Positions 31,257 to 32,000 of a DNA stretch of 32,000 nt are shown piece after piece (the stretch's first letter is position 1; each line of letters starts with the position of its first letter). The notes beneath the pieces are model-generated. The model searched no databases, was not told the DNA's origin, and saw only the letters and a list, made by a program, of their open reading frames with translations. The DNA lies in contig OZ246420.1 of NCBI GenBank assembly GCA_965231145.1, forward strand, positions 870,001 through 902,000. Reading direction: 5' to 3'. Position numbers and translations under genes: made by a program. This DNA comes from Candidatus Saccharimonadota bacterium. Lineage in GTDB: Bacteria; Patescibacteriota; Gracilibacteria; Absconditabacterales; Absconditicoccaceae.

Positions 31257-31302
31257 AGAGCTAGCCCCGGTAAACCAGGGCTAGTCAATAAAGCATTTTG
31301 AC

Positions 31303-31608
31303 TTACTGTAAATAAGCATGCAATCTTTTTTGGGCAGCTACGATATAGCTGTTTTCCGGCTGTCGGGCAGGGAAAGTTTTTGTACCTACTTTCATATATA
31401 CATTACTTCCTGCCACGAGAATACTGCCACCCATTTTACACCCATAGGTAGCAGCATCTATAGCTACCGTAGCATGATTAGCGGCCACATGCGTCCGCGC
31501 GAACGCACAATTATTACATGGATTCGAACCGCCCGGACTATCGCATGGATGAGAGAGACATGGAGCAACATTTACCATTGCAGAACCAGTAAGAGATTTT
31601 TGTTTCAT
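31303..31608 (-). CDS. small Cys-rich protein (101 aa), unknown function
   Basis: Intact ORF with ATG at 31608 and TAA at 31303-31305. It looks more GC-rich than the surroundings and has no TGA. Motifs: CLSHPCDSPGGSNPCNNC and YGCKMGGSILVAGSNVYMKVG. A sigma70-like promoter lies upstream. Confidence 0.5.
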   Translation of the reverse strand: MKQKSLTGSAMVNVAPCLSHPCDSPGGSNPCNNCAFARTHVAANHATVAIDAATYGCKMGGSILVAGSNVYMKVGTKTFPARQPENSYIVAAQKRLHAYLQ

Positions 31609-31634
31609 TAGGTTTTCTATTTATGTGAATCTGT

Positions 31635-31662
31635 ATTGTACCACTCTTCTCCTCAAAATCAA
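31635..31662 (-). promoter_or_regulatory. sigma70-like promoter with extended -10 upstream of the Cys-rich small gene
   Basis: Minus strand: TTGATT (31662-31657), 16-nt spacer ending in TGG, TACAAT (31640-31635), about 26 nt before ATG 31608. Confidence 0.4.
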
Positions 31663-31847
31663 TACAATATTCCTCAAAACTACAACAACCATAATCTGGC
31701 CTTGAAACTTATTTCTTTTTCTCTTATAGTACGTACGTTCTTTTGTTTTACATAAAAAGCAAGAGATTATCGATATAAACTTTTCTCACTCCTGCCGGAG
31801 GGGCGTTACTTTTTAGCATATCCCTAAAAAGCAACCAAAAAGGTCTA

Positions 31848-31995
31848 GTCGGATATAGCACTACGAGCCTGTGAGTTATTCAAACATTGAATACGACGTC
31901 TTTCGCTGTCGCGCGCATCACAGCGACTCCAGCTCAATACTACCATTCTTATTATATTTCACGATCGCAAAGAGAAGACGTGGGGTATATCCGAC
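31848..31995. ncRNA. candidate structured RNA or MITE-like element (nested helices), family unknown
   Basis: Outer 10-bp pairing gtcggatata (31848-31857) with tatatccgac (31986-31995). Inner 7-bp pairing acgtctt (31896-31902) with aagacgt (31975-31981). Hairpin tattcaa-aca-ttgaata (31877-31893). Hairpin tcgctgt-cgcgcgcatc-acagcga (31903-31926). Non-coding in all frames. Confidence 0.3.
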
Positions 31996-32000
31996 GAATA

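Noticed and set aside
31520-31530. GGATTCGAACC, the reverse complement of a tRNA T-arm-like GGTTCGAATCC
   Set aside because: Flanking bases cannot form the 5-bp T stem or an acceptor stem, and the sequence lies inside a coherent ORF (31303-31608). I found no tRNA in the window.
1-32000. Reading the fragmented ORF track as massive pseudogenisation or sequencing frameshifts
   Set aside because: Fragments of each gene stay in the same frame and are separated only by TGA. Conserved motifs continue seamlessly across the breaks. Real gene ends use TAA or TAG.
1-32000. Translation table 4 (UGA=Trp, Mollicutes-like) as the explanation
   Set aside because: TGA falls on invariant glycines (GxGxxG folds, LSGGQ, KNRFG, the Nudix box, DRLVG), not on Trp positions. 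Tryptophans seen in conserved motifs are encoded by TGG.
31982-32000. GGGGTATATCCGACGAATA resembling a tmRNA 5' end (GGGG...GGATTCGACG)
   Set aside because: The match is only partial (CCGACG rather than TTCGACG) and the window ends after 19 nt. The same bases pair with 31848-31857 in the nested-helix element. It cannot be tested here.
1-32000. CRISPR arrays, rRNA genes, prophage or integrase signatures
   Set aside because: There are no regularly spaced direct repeats of 25-40 nt, no rRNA-like conserved stretches, and no integrase, recombinase or phage structural motifs in any table-25 translation I examined.

Overview
Low-GC bacterial chromosome segment. The standard-code ORF track is broken almost only at in-frame TGA codons. 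Reading TGA as glycine (translation table 25, the published code of Gracilibacteria/BD1-5 and Absconditabacteria/SR1 in the Candidate Phyla Radiation) merges about 100 ORF fragments into 28 tightly packed genes that end only in TAA or TAG. Recognisable genes: an SbcC/Rad50-like ATPase (partial), topA, a bifunctional Rel (p)ppGpp enzyme, a DsbA-like oxidoreductase, a PAP2 phosphatase plus an MsbA-type ABC exporter, an EVE-domain protein, a ~940-aa PKD/TSP3 surface protein with an upstream membrane protein, an HI0933-type flavoprotein, a SET-domain protein, NUDIX, HxlR, nitroreductase, pirin, and a stand-alone MurD C-terminal fragment. On the minus strand there is a polyprenyl synthase followed by an apparent radA-crtI-crtB-UbiA prenyltransferase operon. 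An orphan InsA-like zinc-finger protein and two small TGA-free genes lie at the right end. No rRNA, tRNA or CRISPR array was found. Most notable observations: (1) the UGA=Gly recoding itself; (2) a carotenoid-type cluster written in the recoded code, unexpected for a reduced CPR-type genome; (3) blocks of genes with no TGA at all, one visibly more GC-rich; (4) a family of heptanucleotide-periodic repeats, one copy translated inside radA; (5) several Lys/Ala-rich tails near a SET-domain methyltransferase; (6) a 922-aa orphan protein; (7) conserved intergenic repeats and a nested-helix RNA-like element. All coordinates and translations were derived by hand from the sequence. Family assignments rest on motifs, not on database searches.
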